From positions 362,210 to 426,209 of the forward strand of contig JAQGDQ010000184.1 of NCBI GenBank assembly GCA_030141605.1: a stretch of 64,000 bases of DNA, written 5' to 3'. Under the pieces are notes generated by a model that saw nothing but the letters and a program-made list of their open reading frames with translations, made no database searches and was not told the origin of the DNA. A program made the translations under genes and the position numbers. This stretch comes from Tubiluchus corallicola (Eukaryota > Animalia > Priapulida). This document shows positions 41,491 through 53,790 of the stretch, in pieces (within the stretch, counting starts at the first letter, position 1; every line of letters begins with the position of its first letter).

Positions 41491-43747
41491 TCTTTGGTTT
41501 TAAAATGCAAAATCATAACCTTGCATGGTGTTAACCTTACATAAACTGTTTTAAAGTTTTATGACAGAGTAATGGTCAATAATGCAGTGACATAATCACG
41601 CACGTTTTTCTACGAAAAATAACCCTAGATGCAAGATACCTGAGTGAGCAAGTTGTGACTAAGGAATGAAAGCTCCAAGTTTTTTTAATTTATTTTGCTC
41701 GTTGTAAATCTAGCATTTTCCTTCATGTAAACATCAGAGACTTGTTATATTACGTCCTACTTAGACCCAAAGTCTTTGTTGGAAAGACAACAAAGATATC
41801 ACATTTAGAAGATATCACATTCACTGAACAATTGAGCAAAGATTTTTGAATCTCTTCTTGTAGTTGCTGCCCGACACTAATTATATTTTATTAGCAGGGG
41901 GTTTGTAGCAGTTGCCCAACTTTGATAAAAAGCAATAAGAGAGCACATTAGTACAGATCTTTAACCTGTCGGCGTCCTCGGCTGGTTCCTAGGTTAGCTT
42001 TCCGTCCTGCGGAAATCGACTACAGGCGAGAAATCAGTCTCAGGACCACAAGTCAAAAAATGAATGAGTGTGCTAAGCTGCTACGTAACCTAACTTTTGT
42101 TTTTTCCTGGACTTAAAATATCATTCATGAATTCGGCATCAAGTTAATGGCGGTTTGGGTTTTGAAATGTATAACGTTAGCGTCGACTGGTGAATTACAG
42201 CAAAACTTGAGAAGCCTGATGTTGAACAGAATCAAGGAAGTTCTAAAATTGTTCTGCTATTTATTCCATTGGCCTGTTTACTGTATGAGTAACTGCTTTT
42301 TCCGTTTGCGAAGAAGCAGAAGCATGGTTTGCATGATAATCTTCCAGTGAGTCTTAAAATCTTGTAAATGCCACCAGTGACCAGTTATTACACTGCATCG
42401 TTGGCATCGTATTACACTGGTAATTAAGTTGGGAAATTAAGGTTTAATGAATATGATGCATACTCGAAGCTGTACGTTTGCTTTACGTTCAGTTGTTTTT
42501 GACAGTTTGTTTATTAATTCTTCTGTCCTCAATCATTATAAGTATTTAGACTTAATTAACATTAGATATTTAATGCCTGTCTTTTTACCACAAAAAACTG
42601 CACGGCGTTCTGCATAGGTATCAGTAATCATAGTTATAATATGAACGCTGCTCCCTTTCACAGGTTTTACTCTTTTTGTTCTTGGACACTTCAGTTGAGC
42701 ACTTCACTTAAGCACGTTTTCTTAATTGGCTTGACAAAAGGATGGTTGTTTTAGTCACAATTCAAGAAATGAAAAGCTAATTAGATAATAAGTTGCCTGT
42801 ATTTTATTAAAACAAATTCTTAATTTTTTTGCAAGAATTCGGTATTGATCTCCGCCGAATACTCTCAACTTGTCACAATAGTGTGTTAAGATTTCGGTGG
42901 GTTACTACATTGTTTGAAGACATTTTACAATCCGGGTAAAATAGTATCAAACAGTTAATTCAACCGATTACCAAAACAACGCTAATTTAAGAAACTTAGT
43001 CTACTAAATACTACTAATTAATGTGAGGTGTATTGATAAAAAGTATTATTGTTATACACTTATAACATAGTGTTAACCTGCAGTACTATTATTTTCTTCT
43101 CAATACTCTACGTTTTTTGTATTTTATTCTTATCTTATAACAAAATATTTATAAGCGCCGTTGACAGTAACAGTAAACAAATTTGTACAGGATTTTTTGT
43201 TGGATGATGGAACTCTCAATCATAATAATAACTTATTGTACATATCTGTGTATTGTTTCTATCGCCGCATACTGGTAAGTACATGATGATATAGAATTAG
43301 AAATTGTTACAGTAATCGTAAATATATATAGTTGTTTGTAAGTGAGTATTGTGGGCTTCTCTTCAGGGCTACGATAATGACTTGTGTTGCTAGGTATTTG
43401 TACAAAGGCTTTGTTTTATTGATTGTATGAGTCTGGATAATGGACAATGTAATAAACATAATACATCAAATATATAGTATAATGATAATATACCTAAATA
43501 TGAATTAGTGCTTCGTAGTTTGCGTTTGACATCCTCGAAGTTGGTGTTCATATAGTTATGTGTTTTGGGGTTGTCTCTTTCAAATTTTTTTCAAAAGATT
43601 ACAGTAAGTTTAGTTACTACTTTAACTTTGCAAGTTTAGTTATAGACTACTACAAGTATCTGTAATTATATAAGAATATTATATACATAATTATTAAACA
43701 CAATAATTTATACATGCATTAATAGTACATACATAATACATATTGTG

Positions 43748-43785
<38 letters not shown>

Positions 43786-43787
43786 TA
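43748..43787. repeat. (AT)n(AG)n microsatellite
   Basis: Directly visible. Confidence 0.95.
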
Positions 43788-46447
43788 GACCGAGGGAAAA
43801 AGAGAAAGAAAGAAATTTTCTTCACTTTAATATTCCATTTTTCTAATGGAATACCTTCACTTGTGAGCATATATATTCTAAGACGAATAACTCACTGGCT
43901 CGTCTAACGTTTACATTTAGCTGTGTCTTTGTTTCACCCTAATCACTTTTTTGCTGTTTTAGCCAAACTTTTACCAATGTTTGCCCTAATCATTGGCTCC
44001 GTAGTGATTAAATTGACAATAATATAAGCTGGTTTTATGAAAAGAGTAAATTTTAATTAAACTCATTTGTGTGGCTTGTAATTTCCTGGGAAAACTCCAT
44101 AAGTAAATTGTGCGGCTTTTCGCGTTAATTAATTAAACTTTTCGAAGCGTTTTGCTAAATTAGGAATTCTACATACGCACTCAGCAAGCTCCTAGCTAGC
44201 AAGCAGCTACTTAACAAAATATGTAACCATTCGTTTCAATATTTGCTAAGTTTCTTTAAAATTTGCTTTCAATTACTATAGCTTATAAGGGAAGCAAATA
44301 TTTTGTAATTAATGTTTTGCTCCGTGCGTTTGATTGAAAATTTACATCAGGAAGACACGCTGCAATTTCAATCAAATGAAAATACGCCGATTTTTTAACC
44401 TTTTTTTGTTGCCATCATGTTGCTAGCACGTTTAGAGAAAAGTTTTAAAGTTGAGCTCTATCCAAACGTCTTTTTTGCAATGTACAGTGCGGAATCAAAG
44501 AAACGGTTTTGTTTAAATAAAGTTATTACATTTGTTATTAATAAATTTAATAAAAATTATCAATAAATTTTATAAGAAGTGCTGCATTGTTACAAAAAAC
44601 TATAAGTCCTTAAAACATAAAACGAGGCACAAACATTATCAATAATAAAGTTAAAAAGTGCTCAACACATTAGAGCTGGGCAATTAATACAATTCCATAA
44701 GTAAACACCACATTATTTGAGAATAATCTTAAAGTATATGATTGCATTTTGTAAAAATGAAAATAATCACAATTCTTTAAAAATGTCACTGTTAATGAAT
44801 AAAAGATCTCGAGACAGAAATTTTCTATAAGTTTTACTTTTTCGGTGATAAGTTGACATTGGTGATTTGACAAACGTACAACAGATTTAGGTTTTTCTTA
44901 ATGACAGAATATCGGTTGGCTACCGGTCTGACCTCCACGCTTAAGCAGTTTTCAATGTACTAGTCAGAGTTGGAATATTTAGCCTGGCAAAACTTCGTAA
45001 TATCACTCCAAACTTGATTTAGTCATTGCAAAGATAATGCGGCGTGTTCGAAAATAATTAATTTCTTTGATCTCTTTGTTAATTTTCATCTTCCAGCATA
45101 CTCGGCAAATTTTAATGCTCTGGTGACCTGAATTTTAGTGCTTTGGTGACAGTTATAAAGAAAATAGGCAATCCAACGATTTAACCGCTGGACCGATTAA
45201 CCGATGCACTTGATCTTTATAATTCATTGCAATTATACAAAAGAGAATGGAATATTCTTTTGCATCCATGCTTTCAGACTCAAAGTAATACCAGTAAGTA
45301 CTTTTATCCGCTAAGAAATTTACATATAAAACGCTTTAAAAACCTCGTTAACGGTACAAGTTAAAGAGTTTGACCCCAGTTGGCTAGTTTGGATCTATAT
45401 ATATTGCTCTGATCGACTTAACTAGTACTTCAATACAGGAGAAAAATCATTGGATATCTGGTAAGTATTTAGTCAAAATCAGAGGATTTGTGCCATTGAG
45501 TAATGAACCACTCTTCACTTTTATGCCTTTACACAAGTTATCAGTATTACCATTACGTAGACCATCATTACACACAAGTTGATCGATTTCAACCAGTTTG
45601 TTTTTGAGTAGCTGCTCTAACTTTTCTTCTTATGAACTTATAATGACGGCTACGTTTAGCTTGCTTTCCTGCGCAAATTGCTAAATATTTCTAATTTGTG
45701 GCTGCATTAAAGCAGAGTGAGCTACTGTTGGCTAAGTTACATTATTTGATATCTGAGGATTGTCTTGCTTGCTGAACTGAGTGCAACATGTGCGTCAAGT
45801 TAACTATGTTTGATTGTCAAAGCACATACTATGTTATACGTGCCTTCAGTAATAGAAAACCTTACGAAGTATTCTTCTTTGTATTCAAATGAGGTTGTTT
45901 GTAAACTCATGCGAAGACGTAAACTATTAAGAAAAGTTGTAGGTCTATCAGTTATTATTTCCGAGCAATTTCTGAGTATTTTTGAATATTATACATTGAG
46001 CATTTTAAATTGCATAGATGAAAAAGATACATTCAAAGATGAAAAAGGGTAGTTTCCAAAGGCATTTTACTCATTACACGGACTTTCATTTAAGCATTGG
46101 GACTATAGTTTTTATTTTTCCATAGAGTTGGCACATCGTAAGCCGTAATCCAGGACTCAAAGGCACGACCCTTACTAATGTTCAGTGGAACCTGGTTAAC
46201 AAAGTTCTCATTTTGAAATAACATACTTAACCAGCAAAAGTGTCATAGCCACGTGTACACATCCTCCTTCGACAAGAGCAATATCCGGAATCCTACTGTA
46301 TATGAAATCGCCCAGAAACATTTTCCACAACTGTCATCCAATCATTTACTATTCAAACTCAACCATACTTAGCTTCCGTGGCCAAACCGCTTCCCTTCAC
46401 CATTTGGCTCCAGTATTGCTAGAATTGGCTGATTCACCCTAGCACAT

Positions 46448-46668
46448 ACCCGGTGGCGTAGCGCAATGATACCGTGCTCGCTTTCAACCTGGGAGGTCGC
46501 AACCGAGTCACAACAAATGCTTAAAAAGTCGTATGCTGGTTGTTCGACCAAGCACTATATGTGGTTAACGAAGTATCATGCGGGTAATAATAATAATCGG
46601 AACCACCTGGGAAATAAGAATTGAGGTGCTTAAGGTGTTATCCCATTGACTATGTTCTGAATTATTAT
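46448..46668 (+). mobile_element. tRNA-derived SINE, same family as 36268, B box deleted
   Basis: Shares blocks ttgttcgaccaagcac, gcgggt.ataataa, ggaaccacct.ggaaataag, gttatccc, actatgt and the attattat tail. Confidence 0.72.
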
Positions 46669-47062
46669 AGCGTATCATTTACCGTACAGCTTACTATGTC
46701 GTAAAGAAAAATCTGAATGGCCTAGTCTACTTGAAAATCCTAGTGATACAGTAGATCGCAACGCTGCTGTTTATAGATTGTGTAGCAACAATGCGTCTGC
46801 AAATACCTAGCTATTTAAGTAGTAAAGCTAACCCATAAAAGATCATTAGAACATGGTAACTGCTGATGAGTACCAGCCATTACGAGGTGTCTTATAGCTG
46901 TGACAGACAGAGGTATAAAGAACAAATCAGTTACTTTAGTAATAAAACATGGAGAATACAACTGCTTTTTCGGAGCAGCGACGGAACACCACACGAAACA
47001 AGGACTTCGGTCGTAATGAAGTGTTTACTGATTTTTTATTTATTTATTTATTAACTGTATTA

Positions 47063-47209
47063 ATAGTCCGATCTGAAGCCCAAAGTCTGATGAAATGGGG
47101 ACCGACTGAATACAGCTGCCAAACTTTCAGGAATGTGATTTAGGCCATTCTATCTGTTAGGCAGCTGCGTTCAGTCAGACCTCTTTTTCCGGCTAACAGA
47201 CCGGACTAT
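47063..47209. mobile_element. 147-bp hairpin MITE
   Basis: Outer inverted pair atagtccgatctg / cagaccggactat; inner pair gactgaatacagctgcc / ggcagctgcgttcagtc. The core also occurs at ~15197-15238. Confidence 0.7.
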
Positions 47210-47699
47210 AACAATGTAGCATATACGTATTGCGTAACTGAAGTTTCTGCTGTTATTATAAATGTTAACATTACCCCACAAAACACACACACACCGCTCC
47301 CATTGTACAAAATAGGGAAACTTCAGAACAAGATCATTCTTTCTCACAATAGGTGAAAACAAATGTGGACCATTATTGTGTATTAACCGTACTTGGACAC
47401 CGTCATTAGCATTCTTCGTTTTTATGATTTTATCTTGTAATTTTAATAATTGTCAATAAATTTAAATAGTAAGAATAATAATATAGCCTAAGCATTTCAT
47501 TTAACTGCATGACTAAGTTACATAACATGTAACTTATATTAAATCTACATTTCTGTAGTGTCCGAGATAGACTAACCACCATATTACGTCATCATCATTA
47601 TCACCAACATCCATGAATGAAACGTTCAGGGACATGATGCTGTGCACCTCTTTATGGCAGGATTCCCTACTTGCTGTAATACCCGAAGTGCACTTATCT

Positions 47700-47960
47700 C
47701 TAAGGATCAGTGCTGAGGTGCTTGCTTAAATATTTCTGTCCAAAATCTAAGTATGTTAACATTTGCCCTCCAGCAGTATTTTTGGCTGGTTCTATGGCTT
47801 GTTGAAGAGTTATCTTCAATGGATTATCATCAGGTAATCTAAGCATATGCCCAATCCATTTTAAACGGCGCCTTTTTATTCCTCTTGCCCAAGACTCTTC
47901 TTTTATGTTTTCATACAGATCTTTATTTGAGATTTTCTTTGGCCATCTGTTACCCAAAAT
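47700..47960 (-). mobile_element. 3' fragment of an RTE/RTE-X-clade LINE
   Basis: 'RWPKKISNKDLYE...IKRRRLKWIGHMLRLPDDNP' is a typical RTE-type ORF2 C-terminus. Confidence 0.8.
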
Positions 47961-48309
47961 GTTAACACTTCTGGCGGAAGTGGTGCTGACAAGCCACTGA
48001 CTTTAGTTTTTCATATAAATTAGTCATTTGTCTTTAATGCTCACCTGCTTATATGGCTGGACATCTTACTGAATTACGTATTATATGCTTAGGCCTTGGG
48101 CAATATAGAAAATCTTTGTAGTATTATGGTCCATCACATGTTGTACAAATGAATGATTCAACTGTATTTTACAAATGTTGGTACGATGTAGTGCACAAAT
48201 TTGTAAAAAAATGCTCCCAATTTTCAATGCCGAGATGTAGATCCTAAGATTGTAGGGAAACTTTGACATGAATAGTACATCTGTATTGCTTTTGTGCTAA
48301 ACAAAATAA

Positions 48310-48332
48310 AAACGTATATTTTATTTTTCCAG
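48310..48332 (+). promoter_or_regulatory. Probable 3' splice acceptor of a 5'-UTR intron of receptor 2
   Basis: tatattttatttttccAG lies 110 nt upstream of the ATG. Confidence 0.5.
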
Positions 48333-48442
48333 ATTCCAGATCAGTAGATATCTCGAAGTAAAGCGCCTTTGACCTAGCTCCTAACGGATATTCAAGAAAA
48401 ATTAACTTGGTTTTGTGGTATCTGAGCGTTCTAATCTACAAA

Positions 48443-49477
48443 ATGCATCATTTATGTTATAACCAGTCGGTGAATCTTACTGAGTTGAACTTGTCTTGTT
48501 TTGAGCTAGCCTATTATGATAGTCCAGCAATAAGGGGCATTATGTGCGTCCTTTACGCTTTGATATTCTTGGTCGGCTCATCTGGCAACTTTCTAGTCTG
48601 TTTCGTAGTTTGCCGAAATTCGTCGATGTACACTGTGACGAATATCTTCATCACAAACTTGGCGGTTTCTGACTTGTGCATGTGCTTCTTGGCTATACCT
48701 TTTACGCCCATTGATGGCTACATGGATACATGGGTGTTTGGGCGTGTCATGTGTCACATCATTCCCATGGTGGCCGGCGTCAGCGTGTTCGTGTCAACCT
48801 TAACGCTCACCGCCATCGCAATTGACAGGTACATAGTCATCTGCTTCCCGTTTAAGGTAAAGGTGAAGATGTGGTTATGCCTTTTGGTAATTTGCCTTAT
48901 TTGGATAGCAAGTATATCTTTTTCACTACCGCTTGGTTATTTCACCGCGGTAACAAAAGAGAAGACTTGCGAAGAATTCTGGCCGGACAACTACAAGAGG
49001 AAAATGTACACGACCGCCAGCTTTTTCGTGCAGTTTTTTGTGCCACTGACATTCATCGCCTTCTGTTACACCAGCATCTACTTCAAGGTGAGATCGCAAA
49101 CGAAGAAAACAGCCGGACTAAGGTCCTCGGTCAAAGAACGACAGGAAGCGAAGAGAAGAGACAGAATGAACAAGATGCTGATTGCGATGGTAGCCATTTT
49201 TGCTTCTTGCTGGTTTCCCATCAATGTCCTACACATAATGGTCGAGTACTGCGATGCCTGTACCAAGTGGCCTTACTTCTTTATGTTGTTTATGTTCGTT
49301 CATGTGTGGGCTGTGAGCTCCACTTGCTATAACCCGCTCTTGTATGCCTGGCTGAACGAAAATTTTAGAAAAGAGTTTACAAACGTTTTGCCATGCTTTA
49401 TTTCAGAAGGGCGACGTCGAGGCAGCATGGTACCAACTTGTGATGACGGGCCAACGTTCTCACAAAACAGGCTGTAA
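48443..49477 (+). CDS. sNPF-R: Class A neuropeptide GPCR, sNPF/PrRP receptor-like (paralog 2), ~344 aa from ATG 48443, single coding exon
   Basis: Same motif set (NLAVSD, DRY, CWFP, NPLLYAWLNENFRKEF..VLPCF) and roughly 70% identical to paralog 1 over the 7TM core. The track's TTG start at 48407 is unlikely in a eukaryote. The first ATG (caaaATG) is at 48443, followed by sequons NQS, NLT and NLS. Confidence 0.92.
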   Translation: MHHLCYNQSVNLTELNLSCFELAYYDSPAIRGIMCVLYALIFLVGSSGNFLVCFVVCRNSSMYTVTNIFITNLAVSDLCMCFLAIPFTPIDGYMDTWVFGRVMCHIIPMVAGVSVFVSTLTLTAIAIDRYIVICFPFKVKVKMWLCLLVICLIWIASISFSLPLGYFTAVTKEKTCEEFWPDNYKRKMYTTASFFVQFFVPLTFIAFCYTSIYFKVRSQTKKTAGLRSSVKERQEAKRRDRMNKMLIAMVAIFASCWFPINVLHIMVEYCDACTKWPYFFMLFMFVHVWAVSSTCYNPLLYAWLNENFRKEFTNVLPCFISEGRRRGSMVPTCDDGPTFSQNRL

Positions 49478-49679
49478 ATATTAGGTTACTATAACTAACA
49501 GTTAGGACTGTAAAGTAAGTCGTTAGGTAAGCTCTTAAAAAGAAAAAGAATCTTGAGTAGGTGAGCCTAATGCGTTTCAGGTTTGGAAATGCTTCAGTAT
49601 TCAAATAAAAAATCATTTTGCAGCTTGCTTATTTAAAAACATTAGCACATCAAAAACTTATTTGTCTGGAAGATACTAA

Positions 49680-49832
49680 TCATTTGTTTGTATATTCGTT
49701 TATTAGGCTGCCTGTGTGTCTGTCTGTTTGTTTGCTTGTTTTTTCGTTTGTTCGTTCGTTTGTTTGCTTGTTAGTTAGTTTTTTTAGTGGTTGTTTATTT
49801 ATTTATTTATGTGTTTGATATTTATTTGTTAT
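49680..49832. repeat. Degenerate (TTTG/TTCG/TTTA)n tract downstream of receptor 2
   Basis: Directly visible. Confidence 0.75.
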
Positions 49833-52267
49833 TCGATGTCTTATTTGCAAATGAACACGCAGTAACAAAAAGTTGCCCTAAATTATCGCGTAAACAGTAT
49901 TTTAATGTCTTTACAGATAATGGTTTAGCTCGAGTAAACTAAGGATTTTGTACGCCCATGGTTTTGTAGAGTAAAATGTAGTATTTTCATAATTTGGTGG
50001 GGAATTTCGTAGTACGGAAATACATGCGTTTAGCTTCTCCTCTTTCAAACAGTTCAGTTTTCACAGATTTGTCCTCGAAGAAATACTGAAATACGTTTTA
50101 TCGAAACTATTAAAATGCTATAATGGAATTGCCATGGAAATACTATAATGGAATTAAAAAAATGGTATTTAGGGCTACGTTAAAATAGTTGAATTTAAAT
50201 AAACTGAAATGCTGAAGATATTCAATACGAAGTTCTTTTATCTTTCTACCTACTTTAAACTGAGTATTTTTTAAACTGATTATGTTTAAACTGAAAAACC
50301 CAGGTTTAATGATGTAAAATGCAATTATAAAAGGAAAAACTTTCCTGTATCTAGTTTAAAGACATTGTAGACGAGGTCGCAGTCTAATCCAGTATTCTTT
50401 ACAACACTTTAAAAAACTATGCGTATCAATGTAACATCCGTTCTTGTAATATTTCAGGGCAATTGCATTAAAATACTGTAATGCAGGTACAATTATCCCT
50501 CAGATGTGCACTAAATGACAACACGACACATACCATACTCAAAGTTATCTAGTTGAACACTGCAGGATAAAAACTATACTCCGTGCCATTGAGGTTCGCG
50601 AGAGACACAAAGAAAATAACAACAATCTAACGTTCCTTGTTAAAGCGCATTGTTCTTTGAGAATGATCATGAACTGTACCATACTTGCACATTAACATAC
50701 CTATTGAGGTACGTGTTTTTTAAATAATTGCAGAAACCAGTAACAAGCATATAGACATTCAGAATAAAAATACATGTGTTACAGGCAAAGACCGAAACTT
50801 GGGCATTCTATAGAATACCCAGGCATTTTATGAAGTGCCAAAATAAACCAGGTAAAGTGTCTAACATAATCTCTTCTGCACTTTTCCTAGCTATTACATA
50901 TAATGCAAAAGTTTATTTAGGTAAAATGTGTAATACTTAGATTTTGGATATACTTTTACTTGGCACTTTATGGACAAGGTCTATTATTTTGGTATAAATT
51001 TTCTTGGCATATTATACAATGCACAATATTATATTTTATATTATATTATATTATATTTATATACTATTTTAGCCATGTTTACTCGTTGCAGCAATAATAA
51101 CACCCAGCAGCCAGAGTACAATGCAATGCGTCAGCAATTTTCCAAGCGAGAGTCTTTCGAAATGGAATCTCCATTAACTCGCAGCCGCTCCACCTGGTGG
51201 AGGCGTCCTTAAAAGAGACCTACATCATCCTGTAGACCAGTTCTTCTTTTTGCCAAAGAGCCATATATCTCCTTCCTAGAGTCTCATCAGGCGCAGTAAG
51301 AACGTTTTTTCTGTACAGTTTTCAGTTAAAAGTTTGAAAAAATCCGGCGTTGGGTCCGGGAAAACGCGCGTTACGGGAAACCGCGACTACTGCGAATTGT
51401 AAATGCACCTGGTACACCCACTGTAGCCAACTGTTGCCAGCACTACCCCGGCCCGTTCCCGATGTCTAGAAATAAGAGGTTACGAAACGAATTTTCATTA
51501 AGGAATCGGTGATAGCCAATAACATGCTATGTTTCGGGTAATGCTCTTCCGTCGGTTCCTTTAAGCAATTCATCAATTTTTCCAAGAAACTGTTGCTTTC
51601 TAATATTAGCTAAGAAACTGCGGCTCACACCAAGCCCCATGGAGTCACTGACACGTCACGATCATATTTCTTGGAGTTCCAGCGTTGGATAGCAACAAAT
51701 GTAATAAACATACTAAACCTCATTTACGATTGTTTGGTTTGTCTTTTGACAAAACATACCGTATTTTCTTCAACGATGCATTTTGCATTTTTGCTATTAC
51801 TAACTCTTACCAATGATTGAATGGAAGTTTTCTGTCATTCTGATTTTCAAATTTTTGGATCATTTCCTTATTTTTAAAATTTAATCACTTACATGTAAAT
51901 TAATTACATGATTTTGTAGAATTCGAATTGGAGCTTGTTTTAATTTGCACTTGAGATATCTTATTCTACCCCACTAAAGGACCTGAGGGCTTACTGTAGC
52001 CATGGGCCTCACGATACCAAGAGTAAAACAAACCCTTGGTATACTCTCGCAAAAATACCCTAATATCTCGTGTAGTACGCTCACCTCATGGAAACACTTA
52101 CCAGTTACCAGCACCACCAACGAGATTTTGCTAAATTGATGACACACACACACACATACACACAAATTGACTGGAAAATAGCAAATAGTAATTTACAACA
52201 ATGATTATAGATTGATGACGTTATATTTAAAGGAGAAGAAGAGAATTTTAAAGTATGCCACCAAAAA

Positions 52268-52466
52268 AACTTTCCACACAAAGTTATATCACTTTCCACT
52301 ACATTTACCTGCTGGAAGGACTTATGTAACTAGAAAAGAAAATTCTGAGTAATTTAAAATGTTTGTGCTAACTGGTGAAATGCCACTGTCTCACCTTTTC
52401 AGGGTGTACTGCTTGCTCACCAAAAACACATTATTGATCTTATTGACAAGATAAAATAATTTAAAC
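52268..52466 (+). repeat. Dispersed repeat, homologous to 61610-61792
   Basis: Shared blocks aactttccacaca(a)agttatat, gaaaagaaaattct, gctaactg, tcaccaaaaacac.tta..gatctta.tgac and taatttaaac. Confidence 0.75.
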
Positions 52467-52749
52467 TTTCCTTAATAAGCGAAGAGTGTGCTAAGAATAC
52501 TCTGTTTTTTCAAACTTTCCGCTATGTTATCTAAACTTGTTTCAAGCGACTTACCGTTAAAATGGCTGCGGCTAAAGATCATCGCGGGAGTTTAAATTTA
52601 CAAGTTTTATACAGAGCTACTACTAACGCAATAAGCCAGCATGTATGTGATATAAAATATCAAGACAATTTTTTTATTATTATTAATAAATAAATCTCGT
52701 ATATTTACAAATTAATCAAATTTGGAGGAAGGTGACAGATGGAGAAAGG

Positions 52750-52980
<231 letters not shown>

Positions 52981-53049
52981 AAATTTTATTATTATTATTC
53001 TTTTATTTCGTACCATTGCTCATAAAATAAACAATTTTTAAAAATAACA

Positions 53050-53682
53050 ATGACCGTACATAATCGTACATAAAAATAGCGTTAGCTTTCACATATCCTT
53101 AACAAATAATCTTGTAACCACACATTAAGAACATTAATATCTAGTTTTTTAACATTATGTTACCAAACCTCAAAGATAAGCCATACTTTCTTCTTAAGTG
53201 ACAATGACAATCGTTAGTTAAATACAACGTTAATTGAATATTGTCGATGCTTGAATTTTGAATTTTCTTTAAAAAATTTAATTTTCTACAATCAATTAGA
53301 ACATTACATCTCCTTCCTAGAGTTGACAATAACCAGTGCAACAATGCATAAAATTTGCTTTTATTTATAGCAGTGTCCATTTTAAAAATTTTATAAGATT
53401 TTATATCAATTCCTAAGTATTTGACTTTCTCCTTCTAAATCAATGTTTTACCATAAAAAATATTTTACCAACCCTATGACCTCACATTATCTATATAACA
53501 ACCACGTTTTACAAGGATTAAATGTAATAGACCCACTCTGACCATACATTTCATAGATTTTCAACATTTTCTTAAGATGATTATGTGAACGAGCCATTAG
53601 GGCAATATCATCGGCAAACATGACTGATCCAAAGAAGTTTCACCAACATGACACCCCAAACCTGATTCACGCAGTCGCTTAT
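53050..53682 (-). mobile_element. LINE reverse transcriptase fragment (L2/CR1 group)
   Basis: Minus strand: 'LRESGLGCHVG', a frameshift, 'FFGSVMFADDIALMARSHNHLKKML...FNPCKT' and 'EKVKYLGI'. This includes the catalytic (Y/F)ADD motif and the thumb YLG. Confidence 0.82.
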
Positions 53683-53693
53683 TATAATATTGA

Positions 53694-53790
53694 AAATAAT
53701 AATGACAACAACAACAAAAACAAGAACAAACAACAACAACAATAATAATAATAGTAATAGTAATAATAATAATAATAACAAAAATAACAA
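53694..53790. repeat. Degenerate (AAT/AAC)n microsatellite
   Basis: Directly visible. Confidence 0.9.

Noticed and set aside
45030-46370. Additional LINE remnants on the minus strand
   Set aside because: Only faint motif echoes (RWIAYFLYN, GGCV); too degraded to support a call.
48407-48442. TTG start for receptor 2
   Set aside because: An artefact of bacterial-style start codons; the in-frame ATG at 48443 is preferred.
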